Positions 34,931 to 45,757 of a stretch of 64,000 nt of DNA are shown piece after piece. The stretch is taken from positions 75,520-139,519 of IMG/VR virus record IMGVR_UViG_2700988902_000001; one strand, written 5' to 3'. The notes under the pieces are model-generated. The model worked only from the letters and a program-made list of their open reading frames with translations. It did no database searches and was not told where the DNA came from. The stretch comes from Angelvirus px29 (lineage: Duplodnaviria; Heunggongvirae; Uroviricota; Caudoviricetes; Straboviridae). The stretch's first letter is position 1. Every line of letters starts with the position of its first letter. A program made the position numbers and the translations under genes.

Positions 34931-36146
34931 AAGAGTTAGTGCCAGTTCCTTAGAGAACTTCACAATCGAGCGTATTCTTATTATGCAAGGCGACACTGGC
35001 TATGAAGCCAGTGAAGCTTTCTACTCGTTGGAAATAAACGAGGGAATGACAAAAGGATTCATGACTGGCGTTCTTACAATCAAGAACGATATGGACTTTT
35101 TGGATAGTGCAATGAACCCACGTGGCGATGAATACATCGAACTAAGTTTTTATCACAAATATCCGGGTGGAAGTCCCGGCAAAAAGTTCACCAAGTTGTT
35201 TCGTATTAACTCTTATAAAGAGTTGACAGATGCAAACACGATGAATCGTGGGTTAATTGAGTTTCATTTTGAGAGTGCTGGATCGGTAGAGAATGATTTT
35301 GTTCGAGTGTCTAAGTCTTATTCAAGTGTTGGTACTCATATTATCGTGGCTGATATGCTGAAATTGCTTGGATATAGAGAAGATCAGATCAAGGTTGAGC
35401 AAACGCTTTATAACAAAGACATCGTGATCCCAAATATTACACCAGTTGAGGTGATTTCGCATTTGGTTGATAACTCTCAGTCTGGAGAGTCCACAAGTAA
35501 AGGCGATAGTAATTTCTATTTCTTTGAAAATAGAGACGCTGTTAACTTTGTTAGTGGGTCAAGTCTTGTTAATACCGATCCCGTTGCGAGTTATGTTTAT
35601 AGCATGACAAGCGATCAAAATTTTAATGGCAAAGTCATTAAGTTTGTTCGTGATCGCGGATATAACTTGAGAGATCAAGCCAGAAGTGGTGCATTTGGAT
35701 TAACTGTTATTTCGAATAGTCTTGTTGACAAGAGTTATAAAGTCACACCTCTTGAGGTCGAGAGTGTGAAAGATGTTTATAAAACTCTCAACACCGACAA
35801 ATGGTACGGTGGTACTATCGGGAACAATCGTAAAGCTTGTGTAGTAATGAGCTGTGAAGATCAGATGTATCAATTCTTGAACATGGGATCAAATGGTAAC
35901 AGTCTTGGTATTCAACGTGTAAATAGAGCAAACTTAAACGCTAAACGCGCATTCGCTCGCATTGGCGGAAATACAGATATCACAAGTGGTAATGTCATTG
36001 ACTTGAAAGTTCCAAGTATGGGTGGGAATAATAACATGAGAGACACAGGCAAATGGCTGGTGTTTTCCATTCGTCATATCATGACAAGAGAAAGATATAC
36101 AATGGACCTGGAATTATTGAGTGATTCTGACATTAGGAGAACATAA
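34920..36146 (+). CDS. 27: Baseplate hub subunit
   Basis: I.EG, FYFFEN, G...I..G..I.L, DTGKWLV..IRH; position before gene 5. Confidence 0.75.
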   Translation: MAVERVSASSLENFTIERILIMQGDTGYEASEAFYSLEINEGMTKGFMTGVLTIKNDMDFLDSAMNPRGDEYIELSFYHKYPGGSPGKKFTKLFRINSYKELTDANTMNRGLIEFHFESAGSVENDFVRVSKSYSSVGTHIIVADMLKLLGYREDQIKVEQTLYNKDIVIPNITPVEVISHLVDNSQSGESTSKGDSNFYFFENRDAVNFVSGSSLVNTDPVASYVYSMTSDQNFNGKVIKFVRDRGYNLRDQARSGAFGLTVISNSLVDKSYKVTPLEVESVKDVYKTLNTDKWYGGTIGNNRKACVVMSCEDQMYQFLNMGSNGNSLGIQRVNRANLNAKRAFARIGGNTDITSGNVIDLKVPSMGGNNNMRDTGKWLVFSIRHIMTRERYTMDLELLSDSDIRRT

Positions 36147-37960
36147 TGTTTTACGGATTAAATTATAAATGGTTTGAGGGTGTGGTCGAAGATCGTTTCG
36201 ACCCACTTGATCTCGGTCGCGTTCGCGTTCGTGTAATGGGAATTCATAGCGATCAAAAAGCAAAAAATGACGTAGATGGTATTCCAACTGATGAACTGTT
36301 GTGGATGCATCCGATGATGCCTATTACATCTGCTTCGATGTCTGGCATTGGTCAGAGTCCAACTGGATTAGTAGAGGGTTCACACGTTGTCGGATATTTC
36401 AGAGATAAGTTCTGTCAAGATGGCGTTATTATCGGATCTCTGCCTGGGATTTACAAAAATAAACCGGATTCTAGTAAAGGATTCAGCGACCCGAATGGTC
36501 AATACCCTCGATATGTTGGCAACGATGTCAATATTCTAGCGGGTGGTGGTCAAGCTGGTTCTGGCGGCACCGGCAGTGGTGCCATGGTTGGTGAGGATGG
36601 GACGCCACTGTCTGTATACACTCAGAACGAAAACGCTGGTATCGCGATTAAGCCAGACGATACGCCGGTTGGTGATTATGTCGCTGATGATGATCCCAAT
36701 TTCACAATCGAGGAAATGTTAGTTCAAGATGAAGGTGTTCGGAATAAATGGTATCTTGACTCAGAAGGCTACCCAACTATCGGTATCGGACATTTGATTA
36801 TTCATCAGAATACAAGCAATCTTGTAACCATCAACTCTATTCTGAGTGCTCAACTTGGACGAGTTGTTACTGGTGGGACTATTACAAAAGAAGAAATAAG
36901 CAAGTTATTTGCGCAAGACTTGAATAAAGTTCGAGCTGATATTATGCGATTCACTTCCATCGCTCAAGTCTATATGAAAGCCAATAGATCTCGTCAGATG
37001 GCAATTGAGAACATGTGCTTCCAAATGGGTGCGGGTGGTCTTGCTAAGTTCAAGAACACATTAGCAGCAATGGCAAGAGAAGATTGGCCAGCCGCTTATT
37101 CTGGATTGCGAGATTCACTATGGGCTAGACAAACCCCCGGTCGTTCTGCGAGAGTCGCAAAGATCATTCTTACTGGCAACCTAGAGTCGTATGGCGTGAT
37201 GGTACCAGATGCAGCACCCAAGCTATCAAAGCGAAGTAAAGAAGATGCCAGCGGGTCAACCGCGAGCTTTAAAGCTGTAGATGTTGGTGATGATCCAGAA
37301 AACCCGCCAGTAGAAGCTAAATCGAGAATTATGTTTGAGGAACCAAAGTCGAGTTATGGTGCTCAATATCCGTACAATCACGTTTATGAGTCTGAGAGTG
37401 GACATATTCAAGAGTTTGACGATACTCCCGGCAAAGAGCGTTATCACAGAAAACACCCAACTGGGACTTTTGAAGAAATTCGACCAGATGGCTCAAGATT
37501 AATCAAGATCGTTGGCGAAGATTATTTGATCGTCAAGAACGGTAGAAACGTGAATGTCAAGGGTAATCTGAAAGTTGTTATCGAGGGTAATGCTGAACTG
37601 TATTACATGGGTAATGTGACACAGACTGTTGATGGGAATATGACTCAGTTGATTAGAGGAAACGTGACAGAAACAATTGACGGAAACGTGTTTCAAACTG
37701 TTCATGGTAACGTCGATGAATCTATTGATGGAAACGTTAACCAGTTAATCAAAGGGAACGTCGGTCAATCTATTGACGGTAATGTGACTCAGCGAATCAA
37801 AGGGAATCAGACTGCTAACGTTGATGGCGATTATAAACTCTCTGTTAAGGGAAACTATGATGTCGCTGCAACTGGTAATGCCAAAATGAAAGGAGCCAAC
37901 GCTACTATGGAAGCACAAGGCACCGCTCAAATTAGTGGCGCAACAATTAACATGAACTAA
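36146..37960 (+). CDS. 5: Baseplate hub/needle with lysozyme
   Basis: OB-fold DPL.LGRVRVR, T4-lysozyme DEG..YLDSEGYPTIGIGH, beta-helix V.GN repeats. Confidence 0.97.
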   Translation: MFYGLNYKWFEGVVEDRFDPLDLGRVRVRVMGIHSDQKAKNDVDGIPTDELLWMHPMMPITSASMSGIGQSPTGLVEGSHVVGYFRDKFCQDGVIIGSLPGIYKNKPDSSKGFSDPNGQYPRYVGNDVNILAGGGQAGSGGTGSGAMVGEDGTPLSVYTQNENAGIAIKPDDTPVGDYVADDDPNFTIEEMLVQDEGVRNKWYLDSEGYPTIGIGHLIIHQNTSNLVTINSILSAQLGRVVTGGTITKEEISKLFAQDLNKVRADIMRFTSIAQVYMKANRSRQMAIENMCFQMGAGGLAKFKNTLAAMAREDWPAAYSGLRDSLWARQTPGRSARVAKIILTGNLESYGVMVPDAAPKLSKRSKEDASGSTASFKAVDVGDDPENPPVEAKSRIMFEEPKSSYGAQYPYNHVYESESGHIQEFDDTPGKERYHRKHPTGTFEEIRPDGSRLIKIVGEDYLIVKNGRNVNVKGNLKVVIEGNAELYYMGNVTQTVDGNMTQLIRGNVTETIDGNVFQTVHGNVDESIDGNVNQLIKGNVGQSIDGNVTQRIKGNQTANVDGDYKLSVKGNYDVAATGNAKMKGANATMEAQGTAQISGATINMN

Positions 37961-37969
37961 GAGGAAATA

Positions 37970-38521
37970 ATGGCTACAATAACACCGCCGGTTGGTGGTT
38001 GGGATCAATATGCCAACATCTATGAGTTCTATGAAGGAGCGGGCGCTTTGCCCGTTTCTCATGAATTTGAATTTGGAGTCAGTTTAGACCCCGGAGAATC
38101 AATAGCGTCTAAATCTGTTCAAATATCAATCCCAATCGAAACATATGGAGGCTCTCGCCTCGGAACGAAAGTGGTATCTAAGTTTGTTGATTATTTCGAA
38201 AGAAATGGTGCTGTTATGACACTTAAATATCGAGACAGAAAAACCTTAGAAATAAAGACTGTCAACGGTTTCAATAATCTTCCGGCTGATGCGTCGTCGT
38301 GTGACGTTATTGAGTTCAACCCACCGGGAGAATTGACTGCTCAAATTGTATACACACCAACAGCAACAATAAGAAAGATTGATTTACTGAATCCCGCATT
38401 ACCTCCAACCGTGTATATCGTAACTGCGAAATACACTCAAACGCTCCATGGAACATATCAGGGGTGGGCCAATAAACTCGTTGATTACATAAATAAGAGT
38501 GGACCATTTCCGAGGATTTAA
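37970..38521 (+). CDS. 5.1: gp5.1-like protein
   Basis: Position; C-terminal GWANKL..YI. Confidence 0.65.
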   Translation: MATITPPVGGWDQYANIYEFYEGAGALPVSHEFEFGVSLDPGESIASKSVQISIPIETYGGSRLGTKVVSKFVDYFERNGAVMTLKYRDRKTLEIKTVNGFNNLPADASSCDVIEFNPPGELTAQIVYTPTATIRKIDLLNPALPPTVYIVTAKYTQTLHGTYQGWANKLVDYINKSGPFPRI

Positions 38522-38523
38522 AT

Positions 38524-38817
38524 ATGGCAGGCATAGTATTAAACATGGCCCCTACAATTGGACCGGGGCCATGGAAACCATCTAAAGTTGTTGGCACAAG
38601 CTCTACGGTATTCGCAGAGGGTCAACAAATCGTAGTCAAACAAGACGATCAAGTAATAAAACACGAAAGACCAGACGGACCTGATTGGAAACAAGGCAAA
38701 GTTATTGCGAGAACTTCCAAAGTTTTTATTGAGGGAAAACCAATAGCACAAATTGGAGACATATGTACCGATGGTGAAATATTGGTAAAGTCTGCCAATA
38801 GCGTATTTGCATCATAA
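38524..38817 (+). CDS. 5.4: PAAR-type spike tip protein
   Basis: PAAR-like VF.EG..I..GD motifs. Confidence 0.8.
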   Translation: MAGIVLNMAPTIGPGPWKPSKVVGTSSTVFAEGQQIVVKQDDQVIKHERPDGPDWKQGKVIARTSKVFIEGKPIAQIGDICTDGEILVKSANSVFAS

Positions 38818-38827
38818 GGAGGAAATC

Positions 38828-39250
38828 ATGAGTGCATTTGGAAATAGACTGCGAATGTTGGCAGTCGAATCGAAACAATATTATTCTGATATCGACGCTA
38901 TGATGGGTCGAGATTTTCGAGACAACGATATCGTTAATATTACAAACGTCTCTGCTGTTCAGCAATCAATGGCAGGGATTATTGGAACAAGACGAGGTGA
39001 ACGTCCATTTGATCCAAACTTTGGATGTGATATTCATAACTCTCTGTTCGAGAACATGAACGAAGCGGCAGCAACCGCGATTGAGCGTTCAATCTATGAT
39101 GCTATTGGCAACTATGAGCCGAGAGTTAGAATGAAAAACGTATCGGTTGTTCCAATTTATGATCGTAACGAATATGTCGTTACTCTTTATTACCGGTTGA
39201 TCACCGACTTAAACTATTTGTATGAATTAAAAATGGGAGTTACCGGCTGA
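38828..39250 (+). CDS. 25: Baseplate wedge subunit
   Basis: YSDID, GERPFDP.FG, YEPRV. Confidence 0.93.
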   Translation: MSAFGNRLRMLAVESKQYYSDIDAMMGRDFRDNDIVNITNVSAVQQSMAGIIGTRRGERPFDPNFGCDIHNSLFENMNEAAATAIERSIYDAIGNYEPRVRMKNVSVVPIYDRNEYVVTLYYRLITDLNYLYELKMGVTG

Positions 39251-41205
39251 TGGCTAATAGAATTAATGCGGTAGATTTACCGAAGGATTTTACTGGCGCC
39301 TCGTTTGAGCAAATTAAATCAAAGCTTATTAAGTGGCTACAGAATCAAGACGAATTTAAAGATTATAACTTTGCTGGTAGTAGAATGTCTGTATTGACAG
39401 ATCTGTTGACTTATGCGACTCTGTATATTCAACAATTCGGCAATGCTGCTGTTTTTGAAAGTTTCTTGCGACTTGCTCAATTGCGCTCGTCTGTTGTTCA
39501 ACACGTTCAAGATCAAGGCTATTTGCCATCAACTGCCAGTGCAAGCGGAACGACTGTTCGATTTACTGGTTATCACAGCCCGATGAAGAGTAGTCCTATT
39601 TCAATCACGATTCCACGTGGGACTAAATTTACTGGGTCCATCGAGAACGTAGATTTCTATGATTACGTTACTTGGGACGATGTTCAAGTTATTCGCGGAA
39701 TCAATAACAGATACATTACCGATTTAGCTCTGAAACAAGGTCGAATCATTCGTCAAGAAATGATTTATCAGAAAGATAGCATCATTGAGATTAACGATAA
39801 GAGCATTGATCGAAACTATGTTCGTGTTTATATCGACGGCGCTCTTTGGACTGACTGGACAACCAAGCCTCTTGTTAATACTGGCGGCACAAGCACTGTA
39901 TTTTATCAACGCGAGACAATCGACGGATACACAGAGATTTTCTTCGGGGAAGGCGAAAAGACAGTTAAAGCAAATGGACAACTGGCGTCTAGTTTCGTTG
40001 GCGGGCTGAAACCATCTGTTGGTTCCACAATCGTTCTTGAGTATTTGAGCACAGACGGCAAATCCGCTAACGGTTGTCGTAATTTTGCATACGTTGATAC
40101 CATCGAGAATATCGTTGTTGAGCGTATCGAAGAAAACCCAACTTCTACTCTCGGAAAAGACGACCCAAATTATACTGGTGCTGCCGGCGGTGGTGAAGAA
40201 GAAGACATCGAACGTCTTCGCGAACTGGGTCCAATTATGCGTGAAACTCAGCGTCGTGCTGTTACTCGTTCTGACTATGAAGCATTCGTGAACTATCGTT
40301 TTGGTAATATCGTGCAAGCTGTTCAATGCTATACAGACTCAGAAAAGCCAGGGTATGCATTCATTGCGATTAAGCCAAGAGACGGATTATATCTGACGAC
40401 CGTTCAGAAAGAAGATATTCAAAACTTCTTGCGCGAATACAACGTCGCTACTATTACTCCGGTTGTTCATAGTCCGAATTATCTGTATGTCAAGTCAAAC
40501 GTCAAAGTAACTTACGCGATGAATAACTTGAGTCAGACAGAAGAATGGTTACAGGGTAAAGTGTTGGACGCTATTGATCGTTATTACATCGAAGAAGTTG
40601 AAATTTTCAACAATGGTTTCTATACATCCAAATTGAATGGTCGTATTGATGATTCTGATATTTCTATTTTGGGTACAACTACTAATGTTGGACTTGTTCG
40701 TGAGATTGAGAACTTCTATTCCGCCCCGATGATTGGTATTAAATACTTGAATAAGATCAACGAAGGTTCTGTATACGGCTCGGATATTAAATACACACCA
40801 AGAGTTGGAACAAGCTATTCTATTCATTACGTCGGCACAAAGAAGAACAAGGTCGCGTTTAATGGAAAAGTAAATGAGAATGCCGGTTTGATGTTGATTG
40901 GTCCTTTTGCTGCTGGCGATGTGACTGGATTAACAGCGTATGCCGGGACCGACTTTGACAAAAAGATTATTGACGGTAGAAATCTTTATTACGTGGTTGG
41001 AGAAGTTGACTATGTAGCAGATGAAATCAGTTTTAACTTGAGCGTTCTTAATCAGAACATCGACAAGTTTAGCGCGGCTTACATCGAATTACACGCAACA
41101 CCAACCGAGGATAATATCTATACGTCCGACGGTACAATGATTGTGTTTGAGAATAACCTCAGACCACAATATACAAACATCCAGATGGAGGCGGTAGTTC
41201 GCTAA
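39250..41205 (+). CDS. 6: Baseplate wedge subunit
   Basis: DY.F.GS, A.LRSSVV, GG.E.E.I, RAVT..DY. Confidence 0.95.
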   Translation: MANRINAVDLPKDFTGASFEQIKSKLIKWLQNQDEFKDYNFAGSRMSVLTDLLTYATLYIQQFGNAAVFESFLRLAQLRSSVVQHVQDQGYLPSTASASGTTVRFTGYHSPMKSSPISITIPRGTKFTGSIENVDFYDYVTWDDVQVIRGINNRYITDLALKQGRIIRQEMIYQKDSIIEINDKSIDRNYVRVYIDGALWTDWTTKPLVNTGGTSTVFYQRETIDGYTEIFFGEGEKTVKANGQLASSFVGGLKPSVGSTIVLEYLSTDGKSANGCRNFAYVDTIENIVVERIEENPTSTLGKDDPNYTGAAGGGEEEDIERLRELGPIMRETQRRAVTRSDYEAFVNYRFGNIVQAVQCYTDSEKPGYAFIAIKPRDGLYLTTVQKEDIQNFLREYNVATITPVVHSPNYLYVKSNVKVTYAMNNLSQTEEWLQGKVLDAIDRYYIEEVEIFNNGFYTSKLNGRIDDSDISILGTTTNVGLVREIENFYSAPMIGIKYLNKINEGSVYGSDIKYTPRVGTSYSIHYVGTKKNKVAFNGKVNENAGLMLIGPFAAGDVTGLTAYAGTDFDKKIIDGRNLYYVVGEVDYVADEISFNLSVLNQNIDKFSAAYIELHATPTEDNIYTSDGTMIVFENNLRPQYTNIQMEAVVR

Positions 41206-44200
41206 TGATTAAAGCACCCACTATTACCAGCTTGAGAGTGTTCAAGCTTGGTGCAAACTTCTTGCACTTAAAATGGGATGATGTGGGTTCTAACTTCTTT
41301 TATATCGTGGAATACGCTATCGACAATAACGATGGTGTATATTCATGGACTCAGCGAGGGGTCACACCAGACCCCGAGTGGTTTGAAGATAGAATCCTTG
41401 CCCCGAATACAAAATACATTTTCAGAATCTCGACTACATTTAAAGGATTCGATCCATCAGATTGGGTTTATTCTGAATCTCTTGAGACATTCGACACAAA
41501 CGCTTATTCTATCAGCACAATGTCACAGCTTATTCCGAATAACGTTTTCGTTAAAAACAAACTGACTGATAATAAATCTTATGTGAATTTCAACAAGGAC
41601 CCGATTTATGCAACTCTGATGAATGAGAACTTTGTTTATGACCCGGGTATTGCAAACATCACAAACATTGAAAACTATGTCGCCGCTGATGAAGAATCGC
41701 ATCTTGTTCAGGACACAGTTGAGAAAGTTTGTGTTAGCGTTGATCGCACTTACTTGGGATATAAGGATGATGTTCTTTATACATTCGAGCGTTATCAGAA
41801 TATGGCCAAAGTATCAAATGATGGTGGTCAAAACTGGTGGTATTATCAAGCTCTGACTGGTCGCATCGGCTATCCTATTGCAAGAACAATCATGTATCAG
41901 AACTCGAATAGTAGTTTCTTGTTGGGATATGATGATGTCTTTTATGGTCGTCAATCAGATGAAATTCGCTTTAGTAGCAACACACATTATTGGTCTGACG
42001 ATCAAATCACGTTTGTGCGTATGGACGTGGATGCCAGTATCCCCTTTAAGACTTTGGTGTTCGGTCGATACACCTCATACCCAGACATCATCCGACGCAA
42101 GGTAGAGGCTCAGGCAGCGTCTAATCAATGGATATATGCAGTTGCAGAAGATAATTTCAAACGCATTCTGGTTAAAAACGCACCGATCGGAACTGACGGG
42201 GCTGGTAACACCGTAAGAATGTGGGACACAACTGATTATCATATCACTGGCAATCCTCTTTGTGTAACGAAAAAGCTTGACGTATTCAAAGACAAATGCT
42301 ATGCGCTTGTGACTGGTAAAGTTGCGACAATGGAAACGGATCGTCGTAATCCCAATAATGTTCTACCCGCTACAGAGGCTGGTATTTATCGCTTTGATGA
42401 AGTTTATATTCCGGAGGTTTTCAAACTCGGAAATATTAACACCGGTGGTTATACTGCTGGAATCGACTTTGATAAAATGATCGTTACTTTTGCTGGCGGT
42501 TCACATGCTGGTAAAGTCAACACATCTTGGGAAAATAGAGTGTTTCGTGGTAAGAACGGTGTTCAAATGACTGTAGTACGTACTATTAGCAGCAAGAACA
42601 AAGACGCCTTTATTTTTGATGCGGATTTGAAAGATGCTGATGGTAACTTAGTTCAATCCAAAGTGAATGCATTTAAAGCTGCATTTGCTAACCCCAACGA
42701 GTTTAGTCTTATTATGGAAAACGGAGCCATTGTTGCGCCGGGTATCCCAAATGGCGGTTCTTGGGTTAAAGTATTTGGAAAAACAGAAAAAGAACGTCAA
42801 AGTATCGAACACAAATTCAGTAACATGAGCACAGACGGAGAAAGAGTGTTTGTTAGCTCTGCTGCATACGAGTTTGATGAAACTGTTATTGATGAAGATC
42901 TCCCACAGAAATATCCAGATGACGTCAGTTCTGCCGTGAAATATAGTTCCGAATATCCTTATCTGTCATATAAGAGACATCACTTTTATGTGTGGAAATC
43001 AGAAGATGGAGAGACATACGAACGTAGACCACAGACTTATTACAACGAAGCGAACTTTAGCTGGATGGCTACACATGGTCAACGCTGCTGGATCTCACAT
43101 GATAATAAAGCTGTTGTTATTAACCCGAGAAAGTCGCACACATATAGACTTGATCCAGAATTCAAGATAAACAAAGAAGTCTGGGATAAAGGGAATGTTA
43201 AGTTCTATCTTGAGAACGTGAAATTTGCTGGGTTCACGCAATACTGTAACGGTATCATGATTCACAAGGGATTTGATCGCGAACGTAATGCCGGAGGCGA
43301 AATCGTAGCTTATTACGAGTATCCATATCGTGTTCGAGATAATGCTGCCATTGTCTGGCGTCCAGAGTTGGTTATGATGGAAGCAAGTCTTCAAGATCAA
43401 ATTAGAGAGTTGCCACCCGTCGTTGAAGACGACACTGGTTTAGTTGACCCCGATCTGAGTCACTTTATTCGCATCATGGGTCCAGAGGCGTATTTTGATG
43501 ATGAATCAAACTTCACTAAGTTTGGCGAATATTATTTGAAATATATCTCAGAAGGTACTGATACTTATTACAATAGATTGCTCAATCTGATCAAGAACAA
43601 GTATCCAAGAGAAAGCGATAACTTTGAATATTTGTGGTCGGAAATCAGACGTAGAAACATCTATCTGGATCAAGAGAAACGCGACGCTGTTATTAGATTC
43701 TTTGAGTCTAAAGCCGCAAACTTCTATAGCTCAAAGGGTACAGAAGCGAGTTATAAATTCTTGTTTAAGTTGCTGTATGATGCTGATGTTGAAATTGAGG
43801 TTGAAAGCTCGGTAGGCATCGATTATGACATCGTGGTTAAGTCTGCTAACGTCGATCAAGATCTCGTCGGTAGAACCATTTATACAAAGACTGGTCGCGC
43901 TAACGTGACTTATATCGAGCGTATCTATGACAACGGATTGCTTCGCTGGAAAATCACATTGCATAACTTGATTGGTAAGTATGTTGAAGGTCAGATTATT
44001 AAGTCCGAATCAACTGCATTTGAGGGTGAAATTGTTCGTGGCGTTAAAGGCAAAGAACTTGCTTATTCTGACATCGACTATATCAACCGCAATCGCTCAT
44101 ACTATGTAATGAAAATTCGTTCCGAGTTGAACACCGCCAGATATCGCGATGATATTCTTCGTTTTGTTCACCCAGTCGGTTTTGGATTTATCGGAATTGC

Positions 44201-44696
44201 GATGCTAACTGTTTTCATTAACGGCGGTATTAGTATGGTTCCACAGCAAACAATGATCGAGATAAATAAAACATACAGATGGGATTCCGGTCTTCCAAGT
44301 GTTACTCCGAAACTGAAAACGAGTGTTAACCCAGATTCTCCATTAACCGATCCAGATCCTTTGTTTGACGCAAAGACTGGCGAATTAATTGAAGTCTCTG
44401 TTCCACAAACAGCATTCAACATCACAACTTGGCAAAACGCCAAAGGTGAAAATGGCGTTGCTTATGGCGGACGCAATTATGATGCAAACGAAACTAACGT
44501 GACTTGGAACAACAAAGTTTATAAGCCATCAGAACGTCGTTTAGAATGGAGCCCGTTATTCAGCGACTTTAGCACACGTTTTAGTGATTATCGTAGATTA
44601 GTCGAACAACGACTTAAAGATGATATGAAAGATCCGCGTGATGTTAGTCATTTGGTAACACTGAAAGAACCGTCACAAACAAGAATTGGAGAATAA
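41205..44696 (+). CDS. 7: Baseplate wedge initiator
   Basis: W.DVG.NF.Y, SKGT..SYKFLFKLLY, FVHPVGFGF. Confidence 0.93.
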   Translation: MIKAPTITSLRVFKLGANFLHLKWDDVGSNFFYIVEYAIDNNDGVYSWTQRGVTPDPEWFEDRILAPNTKYIFRISTTFKGFDPSDWVYSESLETFDTNAYSISTMSQLIPNNVFVKNKLTDNKSYVNFNKDPIYATLMNENFVYDPGIANITNIENYVAADEESHLVQDTVEKVCVSVDRTYLGYKDDVLYTFERYQNMAKVSNDGGQNWWYYQALTGRIGYPIARTIMYQNSNSSFLLGYDDVFYGRQSDEIRFSSNTHYWSDDQITFVRMDVDASIPFKTLVFGRYTSYPDIIRRKVEAQAASNQWIYAVAEDNFKRILVKNAPIGTDGAGNTVRMWDTTDYHITGNPLCVTKKLDVFKDKCYALVTGKVATMETDRRNPNNVLPATEAGIYRFDEVYIPEVFKLGNINTGGYTAGIDFDKMIVTFAGGSHAGKVNTSWENRVFRGKNGVQMTVVRTISSKNKDAFIFDADLKDADGNLVQSKVNAFKAAFANPNEFSLIMENGAIVAPGIPNGGSWVKVFGKTEKERQSIEHKFSNMSTDGERVFVSSAAYEFDETVIDEDLPQKYPDDVSSAVKYSSEYPYLSYKRHHFYVWKSEDGETYERRPQTYYNEANFSWMATHGQRCWISHDNKAVVINPRKSHTYRLDPEFKINKEVWDKGNVKFYLENVKFAGFTQYCNGIMIHKGFDRERNAGGEIVAYYEYPYRVRDNAAIVWRPELVMMEASLQDQIRELPPVVEDDTGLVDPDLSHFIRIMGPEAYFDDESNFTKFGEYYLKYISEGTDTYYNRLLNLIKNKYPRESDNFEYLWSEIRRRNIYLDQEKRDAVIRFFESKAANFYSSKGTEASYKFLFKLLYDADVEIEVESSVGIDYDIVVKSANVDQDLVGRTIYTKTGRANVTYIERIYDNGLLRWKITLHNLIGKYVEGQIIKSESTAFEGEIVRGVKGKELAYSDIDYINRNRSYYVMKIRSELNTARYRDDILRFVHPVGFGFIGIAMLTVFINGGISMVPQQTMIEINKTYRWDSGLPSVTPKLKTSVNPDSPLTDPDPLFDAKTGELIEVSVPQTAFNITTWQNAKGENGVAYGGRNYDANETNVTWNNKVYKPSERRLEWSPLFSDFSTRFSDYRRLVEQRLKDDMKDPRDVSHLVTLKEPSQTRIGE

Positions 44697-44698
44697 AA

Positions 44699-45685
44699 GT
44701 GTCCTCTATTATCTATCGCTCGATAGTAACAAATAAGTTCAGAACCGAAAACCTTCTGAACTTTTACAACTCGATTGGTGATGGTGCAGACGAACATACG
44801 ATTTACGCAACATTTGGCCGCCCAGATAAATGGGCGGACAATGAAACGGATTCTAAGTTTGCTCCGCCATATCCAGATGATTCAATCGAAGGTATTGCCG
44901 ACGTTTGGTCAAGAATGCTTGGTGCTGTTAAAATTCAACAAGAGCTATTACGACCTGTCGTTCCTCGCGACGATTGGGGTGATCAGCGTTTCGCAGACCC
45001 GTTTATTCATCACATCGGTGATATTGTAGTAACCAATAGTGCCCCTTATAACAGAACTGAGATTGGTTCTGGTTGGATGGTATATCGTTGCGTTGACGTC
45101 CCCAACGTCGGACAATGTAGTATCAAAACAATTGTTGAGAAGGGAGAATGTATGAAAATCGGTGGTATTTGGACACCGAGTCGCGAATCTCTTTTGCCAG
45201 TCGGTAAGAGTGATGGCGTTGATATGAAAGATGGCTACATTTGGGAATATCTTTATATGATCCCGTCGGATGTTGCAATTAACGAATGTACGAATGAGCA
45301 CATCGTTGTTCCAACTCCACAAGAACTCGTAACTAATCCAACTCGCTGGGGATATCAGCACGTATTGAAATGGTACCCTGCCAAATACGATGTTATTTTT
45401 AGAATGAAATGTCATACTTTGCGATTTAGAGCATACATTGACAGTATCTATTTTAAAGAAGCGTCTATGGTTGGTAACAAGGGGTTCAGACAATTGAGTG
45501 TTATTTTGGACCCAGTTTTGTTGAAAGATAATCCAGCGACCGCTGATGTTAAAGCAAAGGCAGCTAATTATCTACCTACTCAACTTGAGAGACATTCGGG
45601 AGAAATGATTTACATGGAAAATAGACAGCCTATTATTCGTTCGAGAGATCAAACCGAAGAATTTAACTTAGTGTTTGAGTTTTAA
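44699..45685 (+). CDS. 8: Baseplate wedge subunit
   Basis: IYR.IVT.KFRTENLLNF, DGY.WEYLY.IP. Confidence 0.95.
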   Translation: MSSIIYRSIVTNKFRTENLLNFYNSIGDGADEHTIYATFGRPDKWADNETDSKFAPPYPDDSIEGIADVWSRMLGAVKIQQELLRPVVPRDDWGDQRFADPFIHHIGDIVVTNSAPYNRTEIGSGWMVYRCVDVPNVGQCSIKTIVEKGECMKIGGIWTPSRESLLPVGKSDGVDMKDGYIWEYLYMIPSDVAINECTNEHIVVPTPQELVTNPTRWGYQHVLKWYPAKYDVIFRMKCHTLRFRAYIDSIYFKEASMVGNKGFRQLSVILDPVLLKDNPATADVKAKAANYLPTQLERHSGEMIYMENRQPIIRSRDQTEEFNLVFEF

Positions 45686-45688
45686 TCA

Positions 45689-45710
45689 AGCCACCTTCGG
45701 GTGGCTTTTT
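45689..45710 (+). terminator. Rho-independent terminator
   Basis: GCCACC-TTCG-GGTGGC followed by T5. Confidence 0.85.
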
Positions 45711-45722
45711 CGTAAGCAATCT

Positions 45723-45730
45723 ACTAAATA
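45723..45730 (+). promoter_or_regulatory. Late promoter
   Basis: ACTAAATA upstream of gene 9. Confidence 0.7.
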
Positions 45731-45757
45731 AAGTATAGAAACACAGGAGAATATATA

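Noticed and set aside
37600-37900. Periodic repeats near 37.6-37.9 kb and in 28.2-28.4 kb
   Set aside because: Coding repeats (gp5 beta-helix; Pro/Lys-rich linker of gp29), not CRISPR or DNA arrays. No CRISPR array was seen in the window.
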